A DNA stretch of 64,000 nt from Eledone cirrhosa. Its lineage: Eukaryota. A program made the translations under genes and the position numbers. Shown here in pieces: positions 1 through 12,009 of this stretch. The notes beneath the pieces were generated by a model, which worked only from the letters and a program-made list of their open reading frames with translations, did no database searches and had not been told where the DNA came from. The stretch is taken from NCBI GenBank assembly GCA_964016885.1, contig OZ024758.1, forward strand, positions 10,664,001-10,728,000, written 5' to 3'. The number at the start of each line of letters is the position of its first letter. Position 1 is the first letter of the stretch.

Positions 1-2693
1 ACAAAGTCAACTATCTCGCATCCTCCCAATCAAACGAGTTTCTTGCAATAAACATATGCACAAAACCACGCAGGCACGCATTTGTGTACTGGTATGACAT
101 AAGTGCAAGTATATAGTTACACACACCTGATATATATTTACAAATTCTTGATTTAAACAAAACAATCTTACCACTATAACCATCCTGAAATGTGTCTTAT
201 CTTATATTCAGTCGGGACCCATCAAAGAGGAGATTATCTAATATTTTCTTTCTGTAACATCCTCTAGAGTGATTCGAGTAAGATTTGACTTCTATTTCTA
301 GAAACTCAAAAGCCCATAGTGGATCTTAAAGAGAGAAACCGGGTTATTAGATGGCCGTTATTATTTAAAATTGATCTTGAGTCCTGGCACGGAATCTGCA
401 CTCATCTAGAATAGAAACTGTTTTTACATCCGGAAAAAATATAATTTGGTATCCTATTGTTTCGGAACAATAAATTATCCTATCCGATATTTTGCAACTC
501 CGCCGTTTCCACTGTCCTATTTCCGGTAATATTATTAAACATATTAAATTGTTTAGAACATTGAAAATCAAAGCCAGGCAGCTATACAAAATTAAAATGC
601 CAAATTCTTTGGTGTTTATCAAATCGAGTCTCCGGCTTTTTGCAGTTCCCTAAACAGGAACCAAATTAAAATCCAAAGCAATAAAAAAAAAAAAATGAGA
701 CATTTTTTTGGAAATTCCAGTCAGAATTGTCAACTACGATCAAGCCTGGTTTAAATGAAATATAATATTGATTAAAATAATTTGATTGATTATAATTACT
801 CGGAATTTAATTAATGAAATTTATTTTATTGAGCAAAGTTAAATCTCTGAAATGTTTTCTCTCCATTTTTAATTTCGTGCTGGGATATTATATAATTGTT
901 GGATGTGGAACAATGGTTGCGAGATTTATAATTTAGAAAATATAGCTTAATTATGGACATAAACACTTAAACAAACAGAAAAATCATGTATGTAATATTT
1001 TTTTTGTTGTCTATATTTTCAAAAAGCATTTGTGAAGTAATTTGTAATATATGAACATATTTTATTCAGGAAATAAATACAACTACATTTATAATATCAT
1101 AATCACAAACAGAAAAAAAGAAAGAAAAATGAAAATACAAAATGTGGGGCAATAATGGTGAAGTGACAAACTTTGTATCTTTGGCTGGGCGGCCTATCCC
1201 AGCTGTGCTACAAGGACAATATGACAAAAGTGTTGGCCCAGAGCACTGCCTGCGATACCCGCTACATCAGCCATTCAGCTTCGCACAGCACCTTCCTCAG
1301 GGTAAAACATGGCGTTTCGGAAAATATGTATGTATGTATGTATGTTTGTGTATGGGAGGGATAACATCTAAAATACTATACATTTAATACATACTCACAT
1401 ATACACACAAACTGATAAAAGTTTATATAAGTTAAACAAGTATAAAAGGAGAAATATATTATATACAACAGAAGTATTCGCAAAACTGTTCACATAGCTT
1501 TACATTAACCCCGAGGTTTTCACATGTCAACTGATTTATAGAATTCTCACTCAGAGAGAAACAGCATAAGTAATTTTATGTTAGAGTGTCTAGGAAATAA
1601 TTTAAGAATAATAAAGATCATCTTCATGGTGAAACCACCCCGAGAAAACAACTAAAATCTGTAAGAGACTATCAAGATAGTGAATCTATAATGAAAGAAA
1701 ATATACAAATGAAACAGTTTGGTAATGAAATCCTCACAATACCGCATGTAAATTAAATTCTACGAAAACAGCGTTACTCACGTTCCTTAACAACAACAAA
1801 CGCTGGTGTTTAGGTAGCGCCCAGTAAATAAGAAGAAATCAAAAGAGATCTGATGATGGGGTGGTGATTGTGGCCAAACAATTTCTATAGCTAGTTAGAC
1901 TGCACTAACATCTCAATTGTGTATAGCCACGAAACAAATAACTTGTTCCAAAGATTCTGTATCGATATGTCGATATTAAACAACCTTTGGCTTCACTCCC
2001 CCTCCCCTCTCCACTTTTTTTCTTCAATGGTCAACTTACATTCTCAATGTTTTGTAATACTATTCTTATAATTGAATCGTATTGGAAGTAAGAAAAAAAT
2101 TAATAAAATAAAACTAATTAAGTATATACAATAAAGTTTTTACTTGACAGCTTCAATCAAATAAGCGATACCCTATCGATATATCGATGTAGACACACAG
2201 GCAAAACATTTTCTACAACTTATAACGTTTACTGTAATGAGTTAATGTATAACGTGTGATTAAAATTCATCAAGTGGTGTTTTACTCTTAATGGATTATG
2301 TATCAAACATCAACTTATTTTGTCGGGTGTGAGTTGTTAGAGGAGAAACACCAAACAGCCTGTTATATTGGACAGCTAATCAATGATGGAATTTAAATTG
2401 TAAATTTCCATTAAGTTTAGAAAAATAAACATTTTATTCAATTAAATATGTTTTAGTAATAAACCAGATATTTGATATATGATATAGCAAATATCAATCG
2501 AAAATATCCGAATTGTGGACGATTAAAATGAATCCTGGTTTCCTATGTTTGAATCATCCTCAGATGATGTAGGAAAATATTTAAAGAGAATATCTTTTTG
2601 AATGATCCACAATACATTCCTGACACTACCAGAAATGTGTAATACTTTTTAGGTTAAAGGAAATTAGATTGTGGAAATATATTATATTAATAT

Positions 2694-2865
2694 TATCGGT
2701 AGTGGGTCGGACGCCATGCTTTGCAGCACAGTTACGTCCCTTTACGGACAGTTCAAATCCCGCCGAGGTTAACTTTGCCTTTCATCCTTACGGGGTTGAT
2801 AAAATAAAGTACCAGTAACACACTGGGATAATTGCTGGCCTTGTACCAAAAGTAGAAACAATTAT
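2694..2865 (+). mobile_element. tRNA-derived SINE (family S1), 5'-truncated
   Basis: Matches the ~190-bp repeat found about 21 times here: B-box GTTCAAATCCC, central GCCTTTCATCCTTACGGGGT(C/T)GATAAAATAAAGTACCAG, 3' end AGTAGAAACAATTAT. Confidence 0.9.
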
Positions 2866-3540
2866 GTTTTTACAATGTATGAGATTTCCTTAAGTAATCC
2901 AAGGCCCATGGATGGATTCATATGAATACTCCTACTAAACAAGAAAGCTATCATTGGTAATCATATTTACTTAATACGTCTGGATATAATTAGAATGTTG
3001 TGTTGATTCATTAATATATCTATCTATAGTTTCGCCTTTGTTTATACTCACTAATTGATTGAGATATGTAGGGGGTCAATTATCGGGGGTTCTTGGATAA
3101 TTATTGATCGGTATTGAACAGAATTACTATTTTCGAGACGAGGACAAATCCCTATCAACACTCACCATATTTATTTATTTCATTAAGCGCCAACCACACC
3201 TCACCCTACCCCCCAAATCCCTCCCAATGACGATCATCACTGTCCCCCCCCCCCCTCACCATCTTTATCATCATAATCATCATCATTATTGTCATCGAAT
3301 TATTCCTCATCTCCACCACAGACAAAGTGAGAGGAATGAGAGAGGGAGGGAGGGAGAGAGAGACTCAGAACTTGTTTGGTACAATATTTTTGGAGCCCAT
3401 AAAGATAAAATGTAAAGTTGACTTGGTATTTAGTTTAGAATGATGAGAGACAGAATAAATAAGGATTCTGTTAATCGAGCCCCTTTATTAATACAGAGCC
3501 GATAATATTATTGGTATTTAAATCTTAGATACAGACCTAT

Positions 3541-3632
3541 CAACTGTCCCCGTCTGACGGGGAGATCTCCCATCAACTCCAGAGTGGCTGGGAGATGTAT
3601 TCTCTTGCGAAAACGGGTATAGATTTCATTAT
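3541..3632 (+). repeat. Dispersed repeat, possibly a MITE end, interrupted by S1 SINEs
   Basis: AACTGTCCCCGTCTGACGGGGAGATCTCCC...TCTCTTGCGAAAACGGGTATAGATTTCATTAT aligns by eye with 44012-44102. Confidence 0.6.
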
Positions 3633-3644
3633 TTAAAATATAAC

Positions 3645-3750
3645 CCCGCCGAGGTTAACGTTGCCTTTCATCCTTACGGGGTCGATAAAATAAAGTACCA
3701 GTAATGCACTGGGTAATTGCTGGCCTTGTGCCAAAAGTAGAAACAATTAT
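3645..3750 (+). mobile_element. S1 SINE, 5'-truncated
   Basis: 3' half of the S1 consensus, flanked by ATTATTTAAAATATAA on both sides. Confidence 0.9.
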
Positions 3751-3761
3751 TTAAAATATAA

Positions 3762-3964
3762 GGGCGGTGGATTGGCAGTATCGGTAGAGGGTCGGACACC
3801 ATGCTTTCCAGCATAGTTACGATCTGAGTTCAAATCCCTTTACGATGTGAGTTCAAATCCCGCCGAGGTTGACTTTGCCTTTCATCCTTACGGGGTCGAT
3901 AAAATAAAGTACCAGTAATACACTGGATAATTGCTGGCCTTGTGCCTAAAGTAGAAACAATTAT
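3762..3964 (+). mobile_element. S1 SINE, full length, with duplicated B-box segment
   Basis: Starts GGGCGGTGGATTGGCAGTATCGGTAG (A-box-like TGGCAGTATCGG); TACGAT(C/G)TGAGTTCAAATCCC occurs twice; TSD TTATTTAAAATAT. Confidence 0.95.
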
Positions 3965-5104
3965 TTAAAATATCCCCATTTTGCTTAATTTCTCCCCGTT
4001 TTGGGGTACAGTTTTTAATGGTACTCCCCGTTTGGGTTTTTAGAGTTGATGTTCAATTTTAAATAAAATATATTTTGTGGAGAGAGATCAGTGATTTCCC
4101 GTTCAAGATCTAATCCGGATGTAATATCTTACAATGTCCAACTAATGTAGAAAATGTTTATAATTATAAAATACAGTTGTCGAAGTGTCCCAAATGATTC
4201 CTGTAAGATAGGCTTCAATTTAATTATTAATTCAGCAGATAGAGATTGGTAAATAATTTGCCAGAAAACGGAGGACAGTGATAATATAAAGGGTAACACA
4301 TTTAGTCAGTATTGGAGAGATGTCTGGTTTAATTCCATCTGATTGTATTATGTTTTCATTAAAATCTAATAGAAAAGACATCACCCACATTTCAGATTTC
4401 CCAGTTTACATAAAGCTAATAAAAGAAATTAACTATTGATGCACACACAGTCATTGCTTCATATATATACAACAATATCCTCTTTGTAATGTAACTTCAA
4501 TAACATTTTTAACAGTTTAATTCGATGAATTTAAATGATGTTTACTACATTACTCAATATTTTTTACTATTCAATTGTATTTGGCGATGTTATATTGAAT
4601 TAAAGTATAAATTGTTTGCTTTTTTTTATTACATGAAATGAAATCTAAAAGACACTATAGACGTAATAAATTTGCTTTTAGTTGCACAAGTCATTTGTTT
4701 TAATATTTAATTCCATTCTCTGAGAAGTATTTTATGAAATCTCCATGGCTTTTATTCCCACGCTCAACGTTTGGTAAGATTTACACCTACGTAGGTAAAG
4801 AAGCAATCATTTCTACTGCCAACAACCTTCTTCTCTGGAAATTCATATTTTTCTTTTACAGTTTTTATGAACTATATACAAAGATATCTTAAAATACATT
4901 TGAGATTTATTTAACGTAAACAACGACGCATTCCTATATGAAAAATTTTATCATTTGATAAATCGGTGTTTTGTTTTCTACCTGACGCCGTGTTTTCTCT
5001 TTGTCTCATTCTTTTAATTTATATACATAAACACCACACACATACACAATCACACGCATATACAAACACACACATACACAAACACACATACGTATACATA
5101 TATT

Positions 5105-5256
5105 AAATATCTTTTTGTCTTGCAAACTGCGTAGATTATTGTTCGTTTTAAAGATAAAAAACTGAATTTTATAGTTGGCTTTACGACCAGAACTCTCCCA
5201 TAATATATATATATATATTATGAGAGATGTTCTGGTCTTGAAGCCAACTGATAAAT
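5105..5256. repeat. TA-associated short repeat family P3, two inverted partial copies around a (TA)n
   Basis: TTTATAGTTGGCTTTACGACCAGAACTCTCCCATAA (5168-5203) is an imperfect inverted repeat of TTATGAGAGATGTTCTGGTCTTGAAGCCAACTGATAAA (5218-5256); a third similar copy lies at 5776-5863. Confidence 0.5.
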
Positions 5257-5334
5257 ATATATGGAATTTTTTCTCTCTCTCTTTCGTCTGCGACTTCACA
5301 AAACTTATGTTTACCGAATTCGTAGACCAGGCCC

Positions 5335-5381
5335 CTTCTTCTTCTTCTTCTTCTTCTTCTTCTTCTTCTTCTTCTTCTTCT
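5335..5381. repeat. (CTT)n microsatellite, possibly the tail of a minus-strand LINE relic at 5382-5560
   Basis: Perfect trinucleotide run; the LINE link is only a weak impression. Confidence 0.9.
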
Positions 5382-5718
5382 CCCCGTCAGACCTGTGCGA
5401 AATTCCTTCCTTGCTCACATTTCAACCAGGTTTGATGGTCCTTTGTCTCTTGTTCACGATTTCACCGAGTTTATATTCATAGAGATCTGGGACTTGTCTA
5501 TTTCTTCTCACTTTCCGTTGCTTAAACCATTTTGTTTGTTACCCTAACGTCCCCTTTATTTACGTGTCCCAACGACTTTTTTTAGCCGTTGTTGTTCGCA
5601 CCAACCTGAGGCATATGGCCCTTAAAGCGATGAAATGCCTGGGACGGTTGGAGGGTCACTGATGAAGGACTTACTTTTTCATATGCACCACCATTTGCAA
5701 CGCGCAGCCATCATTATT

Positions 5719-5775
<57 letters not shown>

Positions 5776-5777
<2 letters not shown>

Positions 5778-5968
5778 TATTCTTGCCAACTGAATTGGCT
5801 AAATCTAATTAGACAAAAATACTTTATCAGTTGTTGGCTTAAAGAACAGATCCTCTCGCATAATGTATATTAAACAGTTCACAATATTTTTGTTTATGTC
5901 TATTATCTCATCCCTGTTTCTTTTCTATACAGCTATTACTCGTGTTCTGAAATCACCACAGTGCTGAA

Positions 5969-5970
<2 letters not shown>
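5776..5970 (+). repeat. TA-flanked insertion, family P3
   Basis: Unique sequence bounded by (TA)n on both sides; its first ~90 bp resemble 5110-5203. Confidence 0.45.
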
Positions 5971-6027
<57 letters not shown>

Positions 6028-6060
6028 TATATTTATATATATAGACAGATAGATAGATAT

Positions 6061-6430
6061 CTTTCTTTATTTGCCACAGGGGCGTACAAAAATGGAACAT
6101 TACAAGACGTGACGGCGGGGGGTTTTACATAAAAATAACTTTAACATTAATAAATAACAATAAACTATATATAATAAAATAACAATTGAAATCCCCAGTA
6201 GGGGTGATCGTTACTGCAGGGTTGTTTTACACCCCGTGGATAGAACAACCCACAACACCAGGAACACGTTTTGTAGGTGTTCCCGTCTTCCCCCTGTTTA
6301 TCTTCCTCAACCTACAGGTTTATATACAGAGAAGGCCCATTCACTCGGGCCATTTTTGCCACATTCACCCACCTTTCAGCAAATTTACTGGGGTGTAGCA
6401 CCCCCTCTATCCACTCTCACCTTCCTTCTG
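6061..6430 (-). mobile_element. 3' end of an L1/Tx1-type LINE (ORF2 C-terminus plus 3'UTR), 5'-truncated
   Basis: Higher-GC island; the minus strand translates RKVRVDRGVLHPSKFAERWVNVAKMARVNGPSL, resembling an L1/Tx1 ORF2 terminus, then a UTR ending CCCCTGTGGCAAATAAAGAAAG; (GATA)n on both flanks. Confidence 0.6.
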
Positions 6431-6879
6431 ATAGATAGATAGATAGATAGATATGAAGAGATACGAAATTTGTAAAACGAAACCAGTTAGACCACAGGAG
6501 TGTTCTTTACTATAACTGAATACGATGTACGTATGAGGGTTAACATTCTATATGAAATCGTGTAAATGCGTAAATATATAGCGATATAAATAAAGATGAA
6601 TATGGAAGCTTTATTTCTAAGCAGATATATACACCTATATGTTAACAAGGGACTGTCAGTGTGACTACTTGTTCTGTTCATTTTTACTAGTTTCTTTCAC
6701 TCTATTACTATCTGTGTGTTTGTTTGCACTGTTAATATGTCAATGAATTGAGCTACAATATAATTATTATTTCTGTCACTTCATAATTATGCACATTGTA
6801 TTATGTACACTAACATTATTGTCGGTGAATCCTAAACATTTTATGATGTATAAATTAGTGGCGCAGTAAGAAGCTTCCG

Positions 6880-8200
6880 GTTAACTAATTGCTCGGGAAA
6901 ATCATTCAGTTTCCATGACTTGAGACCTATATTAATATATTTATGAAATACTTGCACGTATTGGTATGACATATACCTGTCCAAATTTGTATGTGGTATT
7001 CTGCCTATGTAAGAAATAACTGAAATATTAAACCATAATTTCTAACGTAAATTCAAGACTAGAATATACGAGAGAGTTAACATCAAAGATATCAACAGTG
7101 AAATGGTAAAAGGCAACATTAAGCTTGAGATATCTAAAGGTAAAGATCCAGAACAAAATACCTCAAGATATGTTATCGAATAACTGTCTCAATGTACATT
7201 ATTTACCAAAAAATGAGAGTGCCAGCGTCATCTCTCGATCTACTCGAAACAATACCTCTCAAATCATATATAAGTCTTAAAGAATTGGAAAGCACATTGG
7301 TTAATGAATTCCTTGGTACATTATTTCTAAAACATAGTCTGTGTTCGATTCCTTTCGTCCTTTGCCTTTCAACTCCTGCTAAATAACTATATCACCCTAG
7401 AAGTGTTTGGCAGATAATACATAGAAGAAGTATAGACATGCCCGAGCACTTGATGAACGCCGTGCGAGATATGGGAAGAGAAAGAAGATAAAACCTAAAT
7501 ATAAACGAATATATAGAAATTTATAATAAACAATAGACATGTTTCCAAAGCAGAATAAACTAGTACATCATATACAGAATACCTATTGGATATTTCAAGT
7601 GATCGACCGTTCAAAAATATAAGCTTTCATAAACCAATGAAGGAAGTGCGACAGAATTATCCACTTCCAATTCATTTAAGCGCTGCAAAAGAAAACTACA
7701 ACAACAGAAACTAACACATAATAACTGAGCTCTAAATACACAAAGAAAACAGATCATATATAACTCGGAGATAAAGCATAACATGAAAATCAAATCTTAA
7801 AAAAGGGTAAAGAAATAAAAGCCTCAAACGATAGAAAATATAAATATAGAGCTACAACAAACATTTACTGAAAAGCCGACACTGAACAATAAACATAACA
7901 AAAGCCCAAATTTTAATAGCTTATTCGTTGTTTAATCATCAATGAGAGGATTCTATCAGAAACAATAAAAACCAGAATTTACCATAACAAATATGAACAG
8001 AGAATCACGAGGAAATATTAGCAAAGATCCCCACGAAGAAAGGCTTTTTCACAAATAAATTTATACATTCAAAAGCTTAAATTTATTCAGTAGCTATGAC
8101 AATACCGATAGAAATCGATTTAGTAAGGCTCTTTTCAGTGAAGCCTACTAAAACACGGAATTAATAAGAAGTTAAGATAACCGCCATTCAGCGAAACAAG
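6880..8200 (+). mobile_element. Highly decayed non-LTR retrotransposon reverse transcriptase region
   Basis: FLKHSLCSIPFVLCLSTP (about 7324-7380) resembles the FQGDSLSPLLFVLC RT motif; a YKYLG-like remnant near 7757; purine-rich coding-like strand with many stops. Confidence 0.45.
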
Positions 8201-8494
8201 GGGTGTGATATAATGTAAAAAGAAAGATGATTAAAGAAAACGAAACAAATATGAAAATATAAGAGTTAAAATGAAATAAGACATCCTCGATATATAAAGA
8301 GAGAAGAAAGAGAGTAGTTATCTTTATGAGGGAAGGAGAGAAAATAAGTTAGACATATTGAGAGAGGAGGAAGAGAATAGGTTAAATATATTGAGAGAGG
8401 GGTGAGAAAGTAAGTTATTTATAGGGATAGGGAGACTACGCATCGAGTGTTTGATTTGGTGAACCAACAATAACTTGATGTCACAATCCCTAAA

Positions 8495-8579
<85 letters not shown>
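8495..8579. repeat. (CT)n(AT)n compound microsatellite
   Basis: Direct reading. Confidence 0.95.
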
Positions 8580-8580
8580 C

Positions 8581-8752
8581 GGTTCTATCCTGTACGGTTC
8601 TATCCCGTACGGTTCTATCCTTAGAAGGTTCTATCCTGTACGGTTCTATCCTTAGAAGGTTCTATCCTTAAAAGGTTCTATCCTTAGAAATTTCTTTCCT
8701 TAGAAGGTTCTATCCTTAAAAGGTTCTATCCTTAGAAGGTTCTATCATACAG
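8581..8752 (+). repeat. 15-16 bp minisatellite GGTTCTATCC(TGTAC/TTAGAA), about 11 units
   Basis: Direct reading of tandem units. Confidence 0.95.
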
Positions 8753-9340
8753 ATTTTTCAACGTACCAATATTTTGAAAAACCTCATTCCACTTCTACGT
8801 ACTAATATGAAAACCATTCTAACCGTAACCATCCCTTCCAGTTATAGGAATATATTATCAGATATTTTGTTTTTAAGACGATTGAATATGATTCATGGAA
8901 CATTTAGCTGCTATTTCTATAGGATTTAGTAGATATGCAGAGGTTCCATCATTGCCCCACCCCTGGGTAAATTCTGTCTACTAGTATGGTGTATTTATGT
9001 TTCGTCACGATCTTTATCGGAACCAATGCTCATTTAATTATTGGCATCAATAAAAATTGGTATCCGAAACATTAAGCCACAGGCGGAAGTACATAAAAAT
9101 GAAAGCATTGCATGACGAAAAACCTTAACATATAGACGAATATCAAATAAGCAAATCAACTGTCAAACCAACATTATTATCTCAAAATTTACAAGGAAAT
9201 TTAGCTATTATAAAACCACTTTAAGATTTAGCGAGAAAAAACAAAACTCGAATTGTAGAAGCGTGGGCGAAATATTTTATAGTTTTTGCTTTCCTAACTA
9301 CATACAAGTCAGAAGAGATAAAAAGTCTGTCCTCAAATGT

Positions 9341-9472
9341 AATAATTTCTAATTTAAGCATGAGGCCAGGAATATTTTATGGGGAGGTAATATCGATTTA
9401 TCGAAGAATAAATGATAAACCTCGATGACATTTGAACCTAGATCGTAAAAGTCTGGAACAAATACTGCAAAA
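9341..9472 (-). mobile_element. Old diverged S1-related SINE relic
   Basis: ATTTCTAATTTAAGCATGAGGCCAG and CCTCGATGACATTTGAAC resemble the reverse complement of the S1 tail and B-box. Confidence 0.5.
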
Positions 9473-9608
9473 CATATAGTTACGACCCTCTTCGTTCTGA
9501 GTTCAAATCCCGCTGAGGTTAACTTTGCTTTTCATCCTTACAGGGGTCGATAACATAAAGTACCAGTAATACACTGGGATCAATTTAATCCCCTCCCTCC
9601 AAAATTGC
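9473..9608 (+). mobile_element. S1 SINE variant, 5'-truncated, longer 3' region
   Basis: B-box and central domain present; GGGATCAATTTAATCCCCTCCCTCC replaces the short form after CACTGG. Confidence 0.85.
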
Positions 9609-11180
9609 GTAAATCATAAACCATTATTTCCGTAGTTTTATTTTAATATGTGCTTTCACTGTACAACCAGGCGTTCTGTGGTGCACTAATTTGCTTTCAT
9701 TCTATGTTTTTCTGTTATAATGCAAGCATTTCATATAAAATGTGTTCAGTGATAGTAGAGATAGTTTATGTATGTTAGATATCTGTATTCGTGTAAGTTC
9801 TCTGGCTTTTGTTATATATTTGTGAGGGTCTTTTTTAAAAACCATTCCCAAGAAATCTATTATTGTAAAGATTTAAATATTCTGAATATCTCTATTTCTC
9901 CATCATTATATTTGCATATCTTCCCCATTCATGGCTAGAAACAATTGATTTATTGTTCGTCGCACCCTCCATAGTTAGGTTTTGTATTCGGTTTCATTAC
10001 ATGCTTTTGTCAGTCCTTCGGTTTCGGCATTAAATCATTCCCTTCTCAGCCTATTTGCTGAGTTGTATTTTTTCTTCATTCACGCTTGCTTTGTATAGTC
10101 ATGCAAAGTATTCGCCACGTAGCAACTTTCCTTGTCCTCGTGTCATCATGACATCGTGTAATACAGTTTTCAACTAGTTTAGTATCTTTCCATCTTTTGT
10201 TTCTACATTCTCTTCACAAATATCTGCTACCAGTCTTTGTTTTATGTTTAACAACATACTTTCACAATGAAATACCAACACTATCACCACCAACACATGT
10301 ATCACCAACACAACTTCAACCAAGCACAGAAGCGGTTAAATCGACAACAGTCATCGTAGAAATTGTAAAAAAAAAAGAATTGATATTACTATTTAACATC
10401 TACACAAGCGGCAGCAAATTTAATGGCTTTTATCTTGGTTTTACAAGAGCAACGAATATATTTATTCAATATTACCTGCTGTAACAGAAATAAGTCTTTG
10501 GAATTCTAGACAAAAATACAAAGTTTATAGGGGACCTGATAAAACGAAACACACAGGACTTTAAAATAGAGTGTCACATACAGTTGAATCAACTGTATTG
10601 TGAGTGTTACAAAGCTCAACGTTGATGCCAGGGAAAATACATGGAAGGCCTGTGAGAATACGATATGACATATAAGGACATGAAAGCAGAATGGGATTGT
10701 GATGGATCGCTGTCTCAATGAAGAGAAGATAAATGGGATCATCAACATCCTAAACGCTTGAAAATGTGTCTTACAAATATACATAGGTCTGGCAACAGGG
10801 TTACCCCCAATTCCAAGCCCTTATCAACTCTTCAAAGCACACATTGAAGATAACAGGAGGCAGGAAGGTAAAATACTGCGCCCTACATTGAAACTGCTGA
10901 ACATGTCTTATCTGTTAGGTTTGCATGTCCCTACTGAAAGATTTATGTTAGAATAAGATAATAAATTTGAACACATATCATGGCCTGTTGTAAACTGAAA
11001 AGATTTAGAAGTGTTCTCACTAAGATTGCTTTTCTCTCCTTGATTTCCAGATATCTGAATGTTATCTTATACCTGACTGAATATTTCACAATCCGATTAT
11101 GATTGTCATGATCTAAAACATATATTTGCCCAATATATGATTTATTAAAGATATTTGCTGCTAATCTTAACACACACGCA

Positions 11181-11227
<47 letters not shown>

Positions 11228-11229
<2 letters not shown>

Positions 11230-11265
11230 CAAAGGAATTGTGGTAAGGAACCAGAAATACTTTTT

Positions 11266-11267
<2 letters not shown>
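11228..11267 (-). mobile_element. P1 element, internally deleted (both termini only)
   Basis: AACAAAGGAATTGTGGTAAGGAACCAG (P1 fixed end) joined to ATACTTTTTCC (hairpin end as in the 11831 copy), inside (TA)n. Confidence 0.8.
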
Positions 11268-11302
<35 letters not shown>

Positions 11303-11304
<2 letters not shown>

Positions 11305-11543
11305 GATGATATTAAATAAATGGAAACTATATTTATAAAACCATATTTATTCTATTATATATATTGGTACACTTTCATCAGATAAAATACAAAGTTTGTT
11401 TTATAAATAGAGACATACCCATGAAAATCCTACCTAATCGGTTGGAAATTCAATGGATAGTGAAATAAACTGTTGAGTGCTCTAAATCAGTTATACACAT
11501 TTATATTTGTCGGACTTTCAACAAATTAAATACCTCTTCTACT
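11303..11543 (-). mobile_element. P2 TA-targeted element, diverged, ribozyme stem II/GAAA lost
   Basis: Shares ATGGAAACTATATTTATAAAACCATATTTATT and TTTCATCAGATAAAATA with other P2 copies; head-to-head with the next copy. Confidence 0.85.
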
Positions 11544-11554
11544 TATATATATAT

Positions 11555-11814
11555 GTAGAAGTTATATTTAATTTGTTGGGATACAACAAGAAAATATTTT
11601 TATAACTGATATAAAGCACTCAACAAATTTTTGGAGCTTCCAACCGACATGGTCGCATTCTTTAAGGGTGTGTCAATATTTGTTTATAAAACTGATCTAT
11701 ATTATATTTTATCTGATGAAAGCGCACCATAATTTGCTTTGGTGTCCTTGAAATATGTAAAATGAAATAAATATGGTTTTATAAATATAGTTTCCATTTG
11801 TTAATATATTGTAT
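11555..11814 (+). mobile_element. P2 TA-targeted element, apparently full length (~260 bp), Penelope-like non-autonomous candidate
   Basis: (TA)n on both sides; strong similarity to 46071-46255 and 51875-51954; carries a hammerhead motif. Confidence 0.85.
11705..11769 (+). ncRNA. Hammerhead ribozyme motif (type I minimal), cleavage region degenerate
   Basis: TATTTTAT-CTGATGA-AAGCGCACCA...TGGTGTCCTT-GAAA-TATGTAAA-ATGAAATA. Confidence 0.65.
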
Positions 11815-11830
11815 TATATATATATATATA

Positions 11831-12009
11831 GGAAAAAGTATGACCCCGACGGCAGAGCTCAAGCCGTTTCGTCCAGAAATAGCCGTCGAAACGGCTTGAG
11901 CTCTGCCGTCGGGGTCATACTTTTTCCTATTTCCCACTCTACTACTCTAAGTATTGAGTACTCTGGTGCGTTATGGTCCATCTGGTTCCTTACCACATTT
12001 CCTTTGTCA
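11831..12009 (+). mobile_element. P1 TA-targeted fold-back element
   Basis: Perfect ~44-bp arms (11828-11871 and 11887-11930), then a fixed ~80-bp tail ending GGTTCCTTACCACATTTCCTTTGTC; (TA)n flanks. Confidence 0.9.

Noticed and set aside
1142-1387. Higher-GC 81-aa ORF containing TTCCTCAG and CGTTTCGG
   Set aside because: No recognisable protein; the ribozyme-like motifs lack the needed stems and cleavage site
3762-3862. A/B boxes suggesting tRNA genes in S1 copies
   Set aside because: No cloverleaf; they are followed by a SINE body and bounded by TSDs
8581-8752. Regular short repeats that might suggest a CRISPR array
   Set aside because: No unique spacers, units only 15-16 bp, and a eukaryotic context
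10500-11130. Possible minus-strand LINE RT relic (FRYLEI)
   Set aside because: Only one short motif
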